From: Gemmatimonadales bacterium
Lineage (GTDB): Bacteria > Gemmatimonadota > Gemmatimonadetes > Gemmatimonadales > GWC2-71-9
Assembly (NCBI GenBank): GCA_035519195.1
Contig: DATIWU010000089.1
Location: 3,649 to 67,648, forward strand
Length of the DNA: 64,000 nt
Reading direction: 5' to 3'
Positions 54,951-64,000 of the stretch are shown piece after piece; position 1 is the first letter of the stretch; each line of letters starts with the position of its first letter. The notes under the pieces were generated by a model, which was not told the origin of the DNA, did no database searches, and was given only the letters and a program-made list of their open reading frames with translations. The translations under genes were made by a program, and so were the position numbers.

Positions 54951-57900
54951 ATGTCACTGCCTGGCTTCCATCCCGCTGTTTCTCGCTGGTTCCTGAGTCG
55001 ATTCGCGGCACCCACTGAACCCCAGCGCCGTGCCTGGCCGCTTATCCAGGACGGTCGTCATGCGCTCATAGCCGCGCCCACGGGCTCCGGCAAAACGTTT
55101 GCGGCGTTCCTGTCCGCCATCGACGGTCTGCTGCGGCAGGGAGTCGATGGCACGTTGGCCGACGGAATCCAGGTGCTTTACGTCTCGCCGCTCAAGGCGC
55201 TCTCGAACGACGTGCGGAAGAATCTGGCGGAGCCGCTCGAGCAGATCCGGGCGCAGCTTCCCGAGCTTGGTCTGCCGGATGTGGAGATCCGAACGCTGGT
55301 GCGCACCGGCGACACGCCGGCCGCGGACCGGCAGGCGATGATCCGGCGTCCCCCGCATATCCTGGTCACGACGCCCGAGTCACTGTTTCTGATTCTCACC
55401 TCCGAGCGCGCCCGGGACATGTTGAAAAGCGTGCGTACGGTCATCGTGGATGAAATCCATGCCGTTGCGCGCGACAAGCGGGGCAGTCACCTGGCGCTCT
55501 CGCTCGAGCGGCTCGAGCACCTGGCCGGACGGCCACTGCAACGCATCGGTCTTTCGGCGACGCAAAAGCCGATCGAAGAGGTCGCCCGATTCCTTACGGG
55601 CGGCGCCGTGTGTCCCATCGTCGACTCCGGGCATGCGCGGCGGCTCGATCTCGCGATCGAGATCCCCTCGTCCCCCCTCGAGGCTGTCATGGCGGCCGAG
55701 GTCTGGGAGGAGATCTACGAGCGGCTTGCCCAACTCGTCTCCGAGCATCGGACTACGCTGGTGTTTGTCAACACGCGCCGTATGGCCGAGCGGGTCACGA
55801 TGCACTTGTCGGAGCGGCTCGGCGCCGATGCCGTCACGTCCCACCATGGGAGTCTGTCGCGAGAAAAGCGGCTCGATGCGGAAACCCGGTTGAAGGAAGG
55901 CAAGCTCCGGGCCCTGGTGGCGACCGCGTCCCTCGAGCTCGGCATCGATATCGGGTCGATCGATCTCGTTTGCCAGATCGGGTCGACGCGCGCCATCGCG
56001 ACCCTGCTGCAGCGCGTGGGGCGCTCCGGGCACAATCTCGACGCGGTGCCCAGGGGCCGGCTGTTCCCGCTCTCGCGCGACGAGCTCATCGAGTGCGCGG
56101 CTCTCGTCCGCGCGGCGAAGGAAGGCGCGCTGGATCGGCTCATCATCCCCGATCGCCCGCTCGATATCCTGGCGCAACAGGTCGTGGCGGCGGCGGCCAC
56201 CGACGAGTGGGACGAGGAAACGCTGTTCGCTCTCGTGCGCCGCGCGTATCCGTACCGCAATCTGACCCGGCAGGATTTCGACGACGTCGTGCAGATGCTC
56301 GCGAACGGATTCACGACGCGCCGCGGCCGGCGGGGCGCCTATCTCCACTATGATGGCGTGAACCGGCGTCTTCGCGGCCGGCGCGGCGCGCGCCTCGCCG
56401 CGATCACGTCAGGTGGCGCCATACCGGATGTCGGAGACTACCGGGTCATCCTCGAGCCGACCGACACATTCGTCGGAACCCTGAACGAAGACTTCGCCAT
56501 CGAGAGCGTGCCGGGCGACATCTTCCAGCTCGGCAACAGCTCGTATCTGATCCGCAAGATCGAATCGGGCCAGGTCCGCGTTGCCGACGCGCAGGGACAG
56601 CCGCCCTCCATCCCCTTCTGGATCGGCGAGGCGCCCGCACGAACCGAGGAATTGTCCCGCGAAGTTTCGCGGCTGCGGGCAGAGATCGGTGAGCGCCTCG
56701 CGGCACCCTCGGAAGCGGTCACCTGGCTCGAGCAATCCGTCGGCCTCGCCGAGCCCGCGGCGCGGCAGATCGTGGAGTATCTGGACGCAAGCCGCAAGAT
56801 CCTGGGCGTCATACCGACGCAGCAGACGCTCGTACTCGAGCGGTTCTTCGACGAAGCGGGCGGCATGCAGCTCGTGCTGCACGCCCCCTTCGGCAGCCGG
56901 GTCAACCGCGCATGGGGGCTCGCGCTGCGGAAGCGCTTCTGCCGCACCTTCAATTTCGAGCTGCAGGCCGCAGCCACCGAGGACGCGATCGTACTCTCAC
57001 TCGGGCCGCAGCACAGCTTCCCGCTCGAGGATGTCTTCCAGTATCTCAAGCCGGACACCGCCGAGCAGCTCCTTGTGCAGGCGATGCTGGTGGCGCCGAT
57101 GTTCGGCACCCGCTGGCGCTGGAACGCCACCCGCGCGCTCGCGGTGCTGCGCTCGCGCGCCGGCCGGAAAGTCCCGACGCCGCTGCAGCGCATGGAGGCC
57201 GAAGATCTCGTCGCCGCCGTGTTCCCAGATCAGCTCGCCTGCCCTGAGAACCTCGTGGGCGACCGCGATATTCCGGATCATCCCCTCGTCAAGCAAACGA
57301 TCGAGGACTGCCTCACGGAAGCGATGGACTTTCCCGCGCTGCGCCGCGTGCTCGAGGCGATGCAGCGCGGAGAGTTTCAGCTGGTTGCCCGCGATACACC
57401 GGAGCCTTCACCGCTCTCCCATGAAGTCCTGAACGCGAAGCCCTACGCGTTCCTCGACGACGCGCCGCTCGAAGAGCGGCGCACCCAGGCGGTCCTGACG
57501 AGACGCGGGCTCGACATCAAGGCGGCCGACGAGTTCGGACGTCTCGACGCCGCGGCCATCGGGCGCGTACGAGACGAAGCCTGGCCCGAGCCCCGTGACG
57601 CGGACGAGCTGCATGACGCGCTGCTCACGATCGGAGCCGTAACCGAAGAGGAAGGGGGAAGGGGAAAGTGGGAAGGGTACTTCGCCGAGCTGATTGCCGC
57701 CGGTCGCGCCACGGTTTTCCGGGGTGATGCCCCGCTGTGGGTGGCCGCGGAGCGAGTGCCGATGGTCGAAGCGATTTTCCCCGGGAAGACGGTTCAACCA
57801 GCGGTCGACGTGCCGGAGCGCGAGCGGGCGAAGCCGTGGACGAGAGAAGATGCCATCAGAGAGCTCATACGCGGGCGCCTCGAAGTGGTGGGGCCTGCTA

Positions 57901-59261
57901 CCGCGGCCGGTCTCGCGACGTCGGTCGGCCTAACGCGGGACGATGTCGAGTTCGCCCTTGGGGCGCTCGAGCACGAGGGTTTCGTGTTACGGGGCAGGTG
58001 GAGCGCGGGCGAGCAGCAGCTCGAGTGGTGCGAGCGGCGCCTGCTGGCGCGGATCCACCGCTACACGCTGGACCGGCTCCGCAAGGAAATCGAGCCGGTC
58101 GCGCCGGCCGACTTCATGCGCTTCCTGTTCAAGTGGCAGCGCGTGACTCCGGACTCGCGCGCCGAAGGCCCCGATGGACTTGCCGCCGTGCTCGAGCTGC
58201 TCGATGGATTCGAAGCCCCAGCGGGAGCCTGGGAGCGCGACCTGCTTCCCGCGCGGGTGGGCGATTACGATCCCCTCTGGCTCGACGGATTGTGTCTCTC
58301 CGGTCAGATCGCCTGGGGTCGAATTGCGTTGCCCTCGAATCAGGCGACGAACGGCCATCGGTCGGGCCCCGTACGGACCACGCCGGTCGCGTTATTCCGG
58401 CGCGACCGGGGCGCCATCTGGAAGGCGCTCGCCCCGGGCGCGGAGCCAGCGTCACCCACGCTGTCGCACGCCGGCCGGTCGGTGCTCGAGGTACTCGACC
58501 AGCGCGGCGCGTCGTTCTTCGGCGACTTGGTGAATGCGACGGGCCTGCTGCGTACCGAAGTCGAGAAGGGACTGGCTGAGCTCGTCGCCTGGGGCGTGGT
58601 AACGTCCGATAGTTTCGCCGGTCTCCGCGCGCTCCTCGTCCCGTCCGACAGGCGCAAGCCGATCAGCACGTTACACCGCCGCGGGCCGAGCGCACCGTTC
58701 GGCGTCGAAACCGCGGGCCGGTGGTCTCGGGTGGAACGGCCCGGGTCCGTCTCGACGGACCAGGCCGCGGAAGCCGTCGCCCGCCAGCTGTTGCGCCGCT
58801 ACGGCGTCGTATTCCGTCGCCTGGTGACCCGGGAGTCGCTGCTCGTCCCGTGGCGCGATGTGCTGCGCGTGTATCGCCGACTCGAAGCACGCGGCGAGAT
58901 TCGCGGCGGCCGGTTCGTCGCAGGATTCTCCGGTGAGCAGTATGCGCTGCCCGAGGCGGTCGGATCACTCCGGGCGGTCAGGCGAGAGGAGCACGAGGGC
59001 GCCATGATTGCGGTGAGCGGGGCCGACCCCCTGAACCTGGTGGGCATCATCACCCCGGGCGAAACCTTACCGGCGCTCGCCGGGAACCGGCTGCTCTATC
59101 GCGACGGAGCACCGATCGCGATACGGGATGGCGAGGGACGCGCGGAAAAGTTTCTGGTCCCGATTGGCCATGATGAAGAAGCCGAAGTGAAGGCCGCCCT
59201 CGTTCGGCAGGGAGCGGTACCGCTCGTCAGGACGTATCTGGGGGCAACGCGCCGGCGCTAG
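54951..59261 (+). CDS. lhr: Lhr-family large ATP-dependent helicase (1436 aa)
   Basis: Motifs [16 protein letters not shown] and LSAT are present, with the winged-helix/Lhr core and a long C-terminal domain. Size and order are typical of Lhr. Confidence 0.9.
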   Translation: MSLPGFHPAVSRWFLSRFAAPTEPQRRAWPLIQDGRHALIAAPTGSGKTFAAFLSAIDGLLRQGVDGTLADGIQVLYVSPLKALSNDVRKNLAEPLEQIRAQLPELGLPDVEIRTLVRTGDTPAADRQAMIRRPPHILVTTPESLFLILTSERARDMLKSVRTVIVDEIHAVARDKRGSHLALSLERLEHLAGRPLQRIGLSATQKPIEEVARFLTGGAVCPIVDSGHARRLDLAIEIPSSPLEAVMAAEVWEEIYERLAQLVSEHRTTLVFVNTRRMAERVTMHLSERLGADAVTSHHGSLSREKRLDAETRLKEGKLRALVATASLELGIDIGSIDLVCQIGSTRAIATLLQRVGRSGHNLDAVPRGRLFPLSRDELIECAALVRAAKEGALDRLIIPDRPLDILAQQVVAAAATDEWDEETLFALVRRAYPYRNLTRQDFDDVVQMLANGFTTRRGRRGAYLHYDGVNRRLRGRRGARLAAITSGGAIPDVGDYRVILEPTDTFVGTLNEDFAIESVPGDIFQLGNSSYLIRKIESGQVRVADAQGQPPSIPFWIGEAPARTEELSREVSRLRAEIGERLAAPSEAVTWLEQSVGLAEPAARQIVEYLDASRKILGVIPTQQTLVLERFFDEAGGMQLVLHAPFGSRVNRAWGLALRKRFCRTFNFELQAAATEDAIVLSLGPQHSFPLEDVFQYLKPDTAEQLLVQAMLVAPMFGTRWRWNATRALAVLRSRAGRKVPTPLQRMEAEDLVAAVFPDQLACPENLVGDRDIPDHPLVKQTIEDCLTEAMDFPALRRVLEAMQRGEFQLVARDTPEPSPLSHEVLNAKPYAFLDDAPLEERRTQAVLTRRGLDIKAADEFGRLDAAAIGRVRDEAWPEPRDADELHDALLTIGAVTEEEGGRGKWEGYFAELIAAGRATVFRGDAPLWVAAERVPMVEAIFPGKTVQPAVDVPERERAKPWTREDAIRELIRGRLEVVGPATAAGLATSVGLTRDDVEFALGALEHEGFVLRGRWSAGEQQLEWCERRLLARIHRYTLDRLRKEIEPVAPADFMRFLFKWQRVTPDSRAEGPDGLAAVLELLDGFEAPAGAWERDLLPARVGDYDPLWLDGLCLSGQIAWGRIALPSNQATNGHRSGPVRTTPVALFRRDRGAIWKALAPGAEPASPTLSHAGRSVLEVLDQRGASFFGDLVNATGLLRTEVEKGLAELVAWGVVTSDSFAGLRALLVPSDRRKPISTLHRRGPSAPFGVETAGRWSRVERPGSVSTDQAAEAVARQLLRRYGVVFRRLVTRESLLVPWRDVLRVYRRLEARGEIRGGRFVAGFSGEQYALPEAVGSLRAVRREEHEGAMIAVSGADPLNLVGIITPGETLPALAGNRLLYRDGAPIAIRDGEGRAEKFLVPIGHDEEAEVKAALVRQGAVPLVRTYLGATRRR

Positions 59262-59271
59262 ACGCTCGTGC

Positions 59272-59817
59272 TCACACCGGCTGCTTGAGTCGGTCGAAGT
59301 ACAGCTTTCTCACCTTCGCCACCTTGGGAGCCACCACGGCTCGGCAGTAGGCCTGGCTCGGATTGCGCCGGAAGTAGTCGCGGTGGTACTGCTCGGCGGG
59401 ATAAAACGCATCGAGCGGCTTGAGCTCGGTCACAACCGGATCGTCCCAGATCTGCTCGGCTTTGAGCTCGGCGATCACGCGTTCGGCGGCGGCTTTCTGC
59501 TCGGGGGTGTGGTAATAGATTGCCGATCGATATTGCGTACCCACATCGGCCCCCTGCTGATTGAGGGTCGTGGGATCGTGAATAGTGAAAAAGACGTGCA
59601 ACAAATCCGCGTACGTGATCACGTCGGGATCGAACGTCACTTGCACCACTTCCGCGTGTCCCGTGCTCCCGGTGCACACCTGCTCGTAGGTGGGTCGCGG
59701 GACATGGCCGCCCGCGTACCCGGATTGCACACCCTCCACGCCGCGCAATTCCTGGAACGCCGCCTCGAGACACCAGAAGCAGCCGCCCGCGAGCGTGGCG
59801 ACTTCGTGTTTGCTCAT
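59272..59817 (-). CDS. msrA: Peptide-methionine (S)-S-oxide reductase
   Basis: The GGCFWCLEAAF active site is present in a 181-aa product. Confidence 0.93.
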   Translation of the reverse strand: MSKHEVATLAGGCFWCLEAAFQELRGVEGVQSGYAGGHVPRPTYEQVCTGSTGHAEVVQVTFDPDVITYADLLHVFFTIHDPTTLNQQGADVGTQYRSAIYYHTPEQKAAAERVIAELKAEQIWDDPVVTELKPLDAFYPAEQYHRDYFRRNPSQAYCRAVVAPKVAKVRKLYFDRLKQPV

Positions 59818-59861
59818 CGGTGCAAGGTGGCGTGGAATGCCGGCGGAGTGAAGGGGTAGAC

Positions 59862-60797
59862 GTGCCCGAGCTTCCGGACATCACCGCCTATATCGCCGCG
59901 CTCGAACAGCGGATCGTGGGACAGCCGCTCGAGCAGATTCGGCTGGCGAGTCCATTCCTCGTACGCAGCGTCGATCCGCCCTGGCAGGAAGCCGTTGGCC
60001 GGACCGTCACTGCACTGCGCCGCCTCGGCAAGAGAATCGTGATCGCGTTGGACCCGGACCTCTTTCTCGTGTTGCATCTGATGATCGCGGGGCGGCTGCG
60101 TTGGCGCGAACGCGGAGCGGCGATTCCCGGTCGCATCGGTCTGGCGGCGTTCGACTTCGCGAACGGGACGCTGCTCCTGACCGAAGCGGGCACCAAGCGC
60201 AGGGCGGCGCTCCACGTGGTGCGCGGCGCCGGCGGCCTCGCCGAGCACGATCGCGGCGGCCTCGAGGTGCTGGGGTCGTCCCTCGATGCGTTCGCCGCTC
60301 GCCTCGTGGCCGAAAACCATACGCTCAAACGCGTGTTGACGGACCCGGTGGTGTTCTCCGGGATCGGGAATGCCTACTCGGACGAGATCCTCCATGCGGC
60401 CCGGCTGTCGCCGTTCGCGCTGACCCAGACGCTCGCCGGCGAGGAGATTGCCCGGCTCCACCGCGCGACCCTCGAGACGCTGCGCAGCTGGATCGATCGG
60501 CTCATCCGAGAGAGCGCAGGGCGGTTTCCCGAAGACGTCACCGCGTTTCGTGAAGGAATGGCGGTGCACGGGCGCTACCGACAGCCGTGTCCGGACTGCG
60601 GGTCGCCGGTGCAGCGCATCCGGTACGCGAAGAATGAGGTGAACTACTGCGCGACGTGCCAGACGGGCGGCAGGATTCTGGCGGACCGGGCGCTGTCGCG
60701 ATTGCTGCGCGGCGACTGGCCGCGTTCGCTCGATGAGTGGGAGGAGCGGGTCAACCCCAATCGTTCGAGTCGGGCGCGAGAGCGCGGAGAGACTTGA
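59862..60797 (+). CDS. Fpg/Nei-family DNA glycosylase/AP lyase
   Basis: GTG 59862 gives (M)PELPDI with the catalytic Pro2. The H2TH block GIGNAYSDEILH and the C-terminal zinc finger CPDCG..CATCQ are present. Confidence 0.85.
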   Translation: MPELPDITAYIAALEQRIVGQPLEQIRLASPFLVRSVDPPWQEAVGRTVTALRRLGKRIVIALDPDLFLVLHLMIAGRLRWRERGAAIPGRIGLAAFDFANGTLLLTEAGTKRRAALHVVRGAGGLAEHDRGGLEVLGSSLDAFAARLVAENHTLKRVLTDPVVFSGIGNAYSDEILHAARLSPFALTQTLAGEEIARLHRATLETLRSWIDRLIRESAGRFPEDVTAFREGMAVHGRYRQPCPDCGSPVQRIRYAKNEVNYCATCQTGGRILADRALSRLLRGDWPRSLDEWEERVNPNRSSRARERGET

Positions 60798-63700
60798 GAA
60801 AGGCGAACGCGGAACGCGGCGCGCGGAAGTCGGAGCTGTCCATTTCTATTCCGCGATCCGCCTTCCGCGTTCCGAGTTCCAATCCACAGACCTCCTCCGC
60901 AATCACATTCAGCGTCCCATCGTCTTTCGCCAGCTTGCCTCGGACGCGCAGGATCGGCTCGCTGCGGACCGCGATCCGGCAGCGCTCGCTGACGTCGGGG
61001 CGCACGATCACGTTGATCATGCCGGCAGCGTCTTCGAGCAGCAGGAAAATGATGCCTTTCGCCGTTTGCGGCTGCTGCCGGGCGACGACGAGGCCGGCGA
61101 CATCGACGTCAGCCCCCTGCCGTTGCTGAGGCAGGCGATCGCTCGAGAGAATGGAGGCAGGAAGATCGTCCGTGAGCAGGGAAAAGGGGTGGCCGCTCGC
61201 GGCAAATCCCAGAACGGCATACTCCGAGAGCAGCCGTTCTCCTCCGGCCATTCCCGCAAAGCGAAGGTTGTCATGAGGGTGATTGAGCGGCAGCTCGAGC
61301 TGTCGCCGTCCCCGCAGATCTTCGCCGCGCGCGCCCTGCGGCGGAAACCGGAGTCCGATTTGCCACAGCAACTCCCGCCGCGTGAGCCCGAAGCCGTCAC
61401 AGCCGCCCACCCATACGAGGTTTTCGATTGCGGTCCGCTTGAGCTCGGGGGGCGCGCGGCGCGCGAGATCCCCGAGACTCGCGAACGCGCCGTTGCGCTC
61501 GCGCTCTTCCACGAAGCGCGTCGCCGATTGCTCGCTCCACTCGCGAATGAATCCCAATCCCACGCGTACCGTTCCGCGATGCTCCACGGTGCACCAGACG
61601 TCGCTCGTATTCGCGTCCGGCAGCTCGATGTCGACGTGGTTGCGCCGGGCGTCGCGCGACAGGGCATCGAGTGAGTAGAAGCCCATCGGCTGGTTGTTGA
61701 ACAGCGCCGTGTAGTACTCGGCCGGGTAGTAGTGGCGCAGCCAGGCGGACTGATAGGCAAGCAGTCCAAAGGCGGCGGCATGCGATTTCGGAAACCCGAA
61801 TTCCGAAAATGCGATCACCTGCGCAAAGACCTTCTCCGCGATCGGTTCCGGGACGCCGCGACCGGCCGCGCCGTCCCGGAACTCGATCCAGAATCCCTCC
61901 ATCAGCTCGCGGCTGCGCCGCCGGCTCATCGCGCGACGCAGCGCTTCCGCCTGTCCCGACGTGAAGCCCGCGAGCGCCTGACACACCTGCAGCACCTGAT
62001 CTTGATAGAGAATGACGCCGAGCGTGTCGTGGAGCGCTGGCTTGAGGAGCGGATGGTCGAAAGGTGGTTCATACGCGCGGCCCTGCTCGTGCGCGCGCCG
62101 TTCGTCTTCGCGCCGCCGTACGTACGGATTCACCGCTCCTCCCACGATTGGCCCGGGCCGGACGATCGCCACCTCGACCGCGAGGTCCTGGAGATTGCGA
62201 GGACGGCTGCGGCGAATCATCTGGATTTGCGCTCGACTCTCGATCTGAAACAGTCCGACCGTGTCGCCTTGGCAGATCCGGTCGTAGACAGCCTGGTCCT
62301 CGAAATCGATTCGCGAGAGATCGGGAGGGCTGCCGTCGAGCCGGGCGACGAGCTCCACGCACTCCTCCACCAGGGACAGCATTCCGAGCGCGAGAAAATC
62401 AATCTTGATGAATCGGGCGTCGTCGCAGGAATCCTTGTCCCACTGGCAGACCACACGGTCTTCCATGGCGGAACGCTCTAGCGGCACGAGCTCGATCAGC
62501 GGCCGACTCGAGATGATCATACCGCCGACGTGCTGCGATACGTGACGCGGCAACCCCGCGATCTCACGCGCGCGGTCACACAATTCCTTCCAAAGCGGCG
62601 CGTCCTTTCGCCCGGCGAATCCCGGAAGTCGATCCAGCTCTTCGGCGAGGTGCGCGGGACCGGTGGTCGCGAGTTTCGCAACTTTCTCGAGCTCCGCCAT
62701 GGGCAGGTCCAGGGCCTTGCCGATCTCCCGCACGGCGGAGCGGAGCCGGTAGGTCGGGAACGAGCAGACGAGCCCGACATGCTCGTCTCCATAACGCTTG
62801 TAGACTCGCCGGATCAGCTCTTCGCGGATCTCGCGGGGAAAATCGAGGTCGATGTCGGGCACGGAGGCCAGCGTGTCGTTCAAAAACCGGCCGAAGAACA
62901 ACCGGTTCGCGACCGGATCGATGTGCGAGAGTCCGAGCAGATAACAGACGATCGACGACACCGACGAGCCGCGCCCCCGTCCCGGAAGCAGGTTGCCGGA
63001 CGCCCGGCGGGACCCGCTCCGGACAAAGGCGGCGACTTCGCGGGCCAGATCGAACAGATCGTGATAGACGAGAAAGAAGCCGCACAGTTTGTGATGCTCG
63101 ATGATGCGGAGCTCTTCCGCGAGCCGCCGCTCGGCTTCGACGCGGTGGTCGGTGCCCGGGGGGTAACGCGCATCGAGTCGTGCTCCGCACAGCTCCGCCA
63201 GCGCCTGGGGAGCCGCACGGCCCGATGGCCCGCCACCGCGAAAATCCGGAAACGTGTAGCCCAGGTCGCGCGTGAGATCGAAGGCGCGGCAGCGCTCGGC
63301 GATAGCCTCGGTATTGGCGACAGCTACCGGACAGTCTTCGAACAGTTTCTCGACTTCGACAGGTGACCGCAGCGCGAATTCACAATTCGGATGGCGAAAT
63401 ACGTGCGCTCCATCGAGCGAAGTGCGGTTCCGGATCGCGGTCAACACGTCGTGCAGCCGGTACAGCTCGCGATGCAGATAATGCACGTTACCCGTCGCCA
63501 CGACGCCCAGCTGTGCGTCCTCTGCCACGCGTATCAGCGCTCGAGTGAGGGCCAGGTCGCCCTGTACCAGATTCCGCTGCAGCTCGACGAAGAACCCGTC
63601 CGCTCCCAAAATCGCCCGCCACCGCTCGGCGCACTGTCTCGCGGCTTTGGGGCCGTCGCGCCGCAGGACATTCGGGAGCAGGCCATTCCGGCATCCGGAA

Positions 63701-64000
63701 AGCACGATCAAGCCTTCGTGCCGCGCCTCGAGCGAAGCGCAATCGAGCCGGGGATCGAAGCGATCGGGTCGGCCGAGGTGTGCTTCGGTAAGGAGGCGAC
63801 AGAGGTTCGCGTATCCCTCCGGCGTCTCGACGAGCAGTGTGACATGCGATCCGTCGAGCAGCGTGACCTCGGCGCCGGTAATCGCCTGCACGCCAAGCTG
63901 CTTCGCCTGCTGGGCGAACGCCATCGACCCGTAGAGACCGTTGTGGTCGGTGAGGGCGAGGGCGGGATAGCCGAGACTCATCGCGGCGAGCAACAGCTCC
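60751..64000 (-). CDS. dnaE2: Error-prone DNA polymerase III alpha-like DnaE2 (ImuC); N-terminal PHP start lies beyond the right edge
   Basis: Over 1080 aa are readable. LALTDHNGLYG (PHP), the pol III alpha core and an OB-fold C-terminus are present. The frame remains open to base 64000. Confidence 0.88.
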   Translation of the reverse strand, partial: ELLLAAMSLGYPALALTDHNGLYGSMAFAQQAKQLGVQAITGAEVTLLDGSHVTLLVETPEGYANLCRLLTEAHLGRPDRFDPRLDCASLEARHEGLIVLSGCRNGLLPNVLRRDGPKAARQCAERWRAILGADGFFVELQRNLVQGDLALTRALIRVAEDAQLGVVATGNVHYLHRELYRLHDVLTAIRNRTSLDGAHVFRHPNCEFALRSPVEVEKLFEDCPVAVANTEAIAERCRAFDLTRDLGYTFPDFRGGGPSGRAAPQALAELCGARLDARYPPGTDHRVEAERRLAEELRIIEHHKLCGFFLVYHDLFDLAREVAAFVRSGSRRASGNLLPGRGRGSSVSSIVCYLLGLSHIDPVANRLFFGRFLNDTLASVPDIDLDFPREIREELIRRVYKRYGDEHVGLVCSFPTYRLRSAVREIGKALDLPMAELEKVAKLATTGPAHLAEELDRLPGFAGRKDAPLWKELCDRAREIAGLPRHVSQHVGGMIISSRPLIELVPLERSAMEDRVVCQWDKDSCDDARFIKIDFLALGMLSLVEECVELVARLDGSPPDLSRIDFEDQAVYDRICQGDTVGLFQIESRAQIQMIRRSRPRNLQDLAVEVAIVRPGPIVGGAVNPYVRRREDERRAHEQGRAYEPPFDHPLLKPALHDTLGVILYQDQVLQVCQALAGFTSGQAEALRRAMSRRRSRELMEGFWIEFRDGAAGRGVPEPIAEKVFAQVIAFSEFGFPKSHAAAFGLLAYQSAWLRHYYPAEYYTALFNNQPMGFYSLDALSRDARRNHVDIELPDANTSDVWCTVEHRGTVRVGLGFIREWSEQSATRFVEERERNGAFASLGDLARRAPPELKRTAIENLVWVGGCDGFGLTRRELLWQIGLRFPPQGARGEDLRGRRQLELPLNHPHDNLRFAGMAGGERLLSEYAVLGFAASGHPFSLLTDDLPASILSSDRLPQQRQGADVDVAGLVVARQQPQTAKGIIFLLLEDAAGMINVIVRPDVSERCRIAVRSEPILRVRGKLAKDDGTLNVIAEEVCGLELGTRKADRGIEMDSSDFRAPRSAFAFLKSLRALAPDSNDWG

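Noticed and set aside
1-64000. A search by eye for CRISPR arrays, IS elements, transposases, integrases, prophage genes, toxin-antitoxin pairs, restriction-modification or other defense systems, and for rRNA/tRNA genes.
   Set aside because: None was found. Intergenic spacers are short (mostly under 150 bp) and every large ORF has a housekeeping-type assignment. I therefore do not claim a novel defense or mobile system in this window.

Overview
GC-rich (about two-thirds G+C by eye), densely coding bacterial chromosomal DNA. I support about 55 protein genes. I found no rRNA, tRNA, CRISPR array, transposase, integrase or phage gene by eye. The content is core housekeeping, not an accessory or defense island. 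Gene content suggests a Gram-negative, possibly Gemmatimonadota-like organism, but that is inference only.

Gene order, left to right:
- sufS (5' truncated by the window edge) and sufU.
- An ABC-2 exporter pair.
- mnmG(gidA), a perfect parS site, then parA, parB, an M23 peptidase and a bactofilin. This is an origin-proximal hallmark block. It is followed by a DnaA-box-like cluster.
- nif3 and an MFS transporter.
- queG.
- A LOG-family protein, a deoxyhypusine-synthase-like protein and a 4x zinc-ribbon HExxH peptidase.
- glpD.
- Thiolase and a FadB/FadJ-like enzyme.
- Proline dehydrogenase.
- rsgA.
- mazG-like and DUF1015 genes.
- Flavin reductase.
- A fused 2-oxoacid dehydrogenase E1 alpha/beta.
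- A Ser/Thr kinase.
- lon.
- A TonB-dependent receptor.
- TetR regulator, alpha/beta hydrolase and TrmB-like regulator.
- M28 peptidase.
- A domain-permuted aconitase-family enzyme.
- DUF4015 glycosidase-like protein, M14 carboxypeptidase and an OmpA protein with thrombospondin-type-3 repeats.
- A polytopic GAF-MCP.
- A small SelW/Rdx-like gene.
- A DEAH/HrpA-like helicase.
- A Fis-type HTH protein.
- Thioesterase and a lipoprotein.
- ispH, lhr, msrA and an fpg/nei-like gene.
- dnaE2 (5' end outside the right edge).

Most noteworthy observations:
- (1) A SelW/Rdx-family gene is interrupted by an in-frame TGA exactly at the CxxU position, with a SECIS-like hairpin downstream. It is a probable selenoprotein that ORF callers miss.
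- (2) NTGA stop/start junctions recur. Two are CTGA junctions where a CUG start gives the only sensible N-terminus.
- (3) parS with an AT-rich island, and a separate DnaA-box cluster, are candidate origin or segregation landmarks.
- (4) parAB, the M23 peptidase and the bactofilin appear to form one operon.
- (5) Unusual domain architectures: the 4x zinc-ribbon metallopeptidase coupled to LOG and DHS-like genes, the permuted aconitase, and the fused E1.

Many long ORFs in the six-frame track are antisense or upstream read-through artefacts of the high GC content and were rejected.
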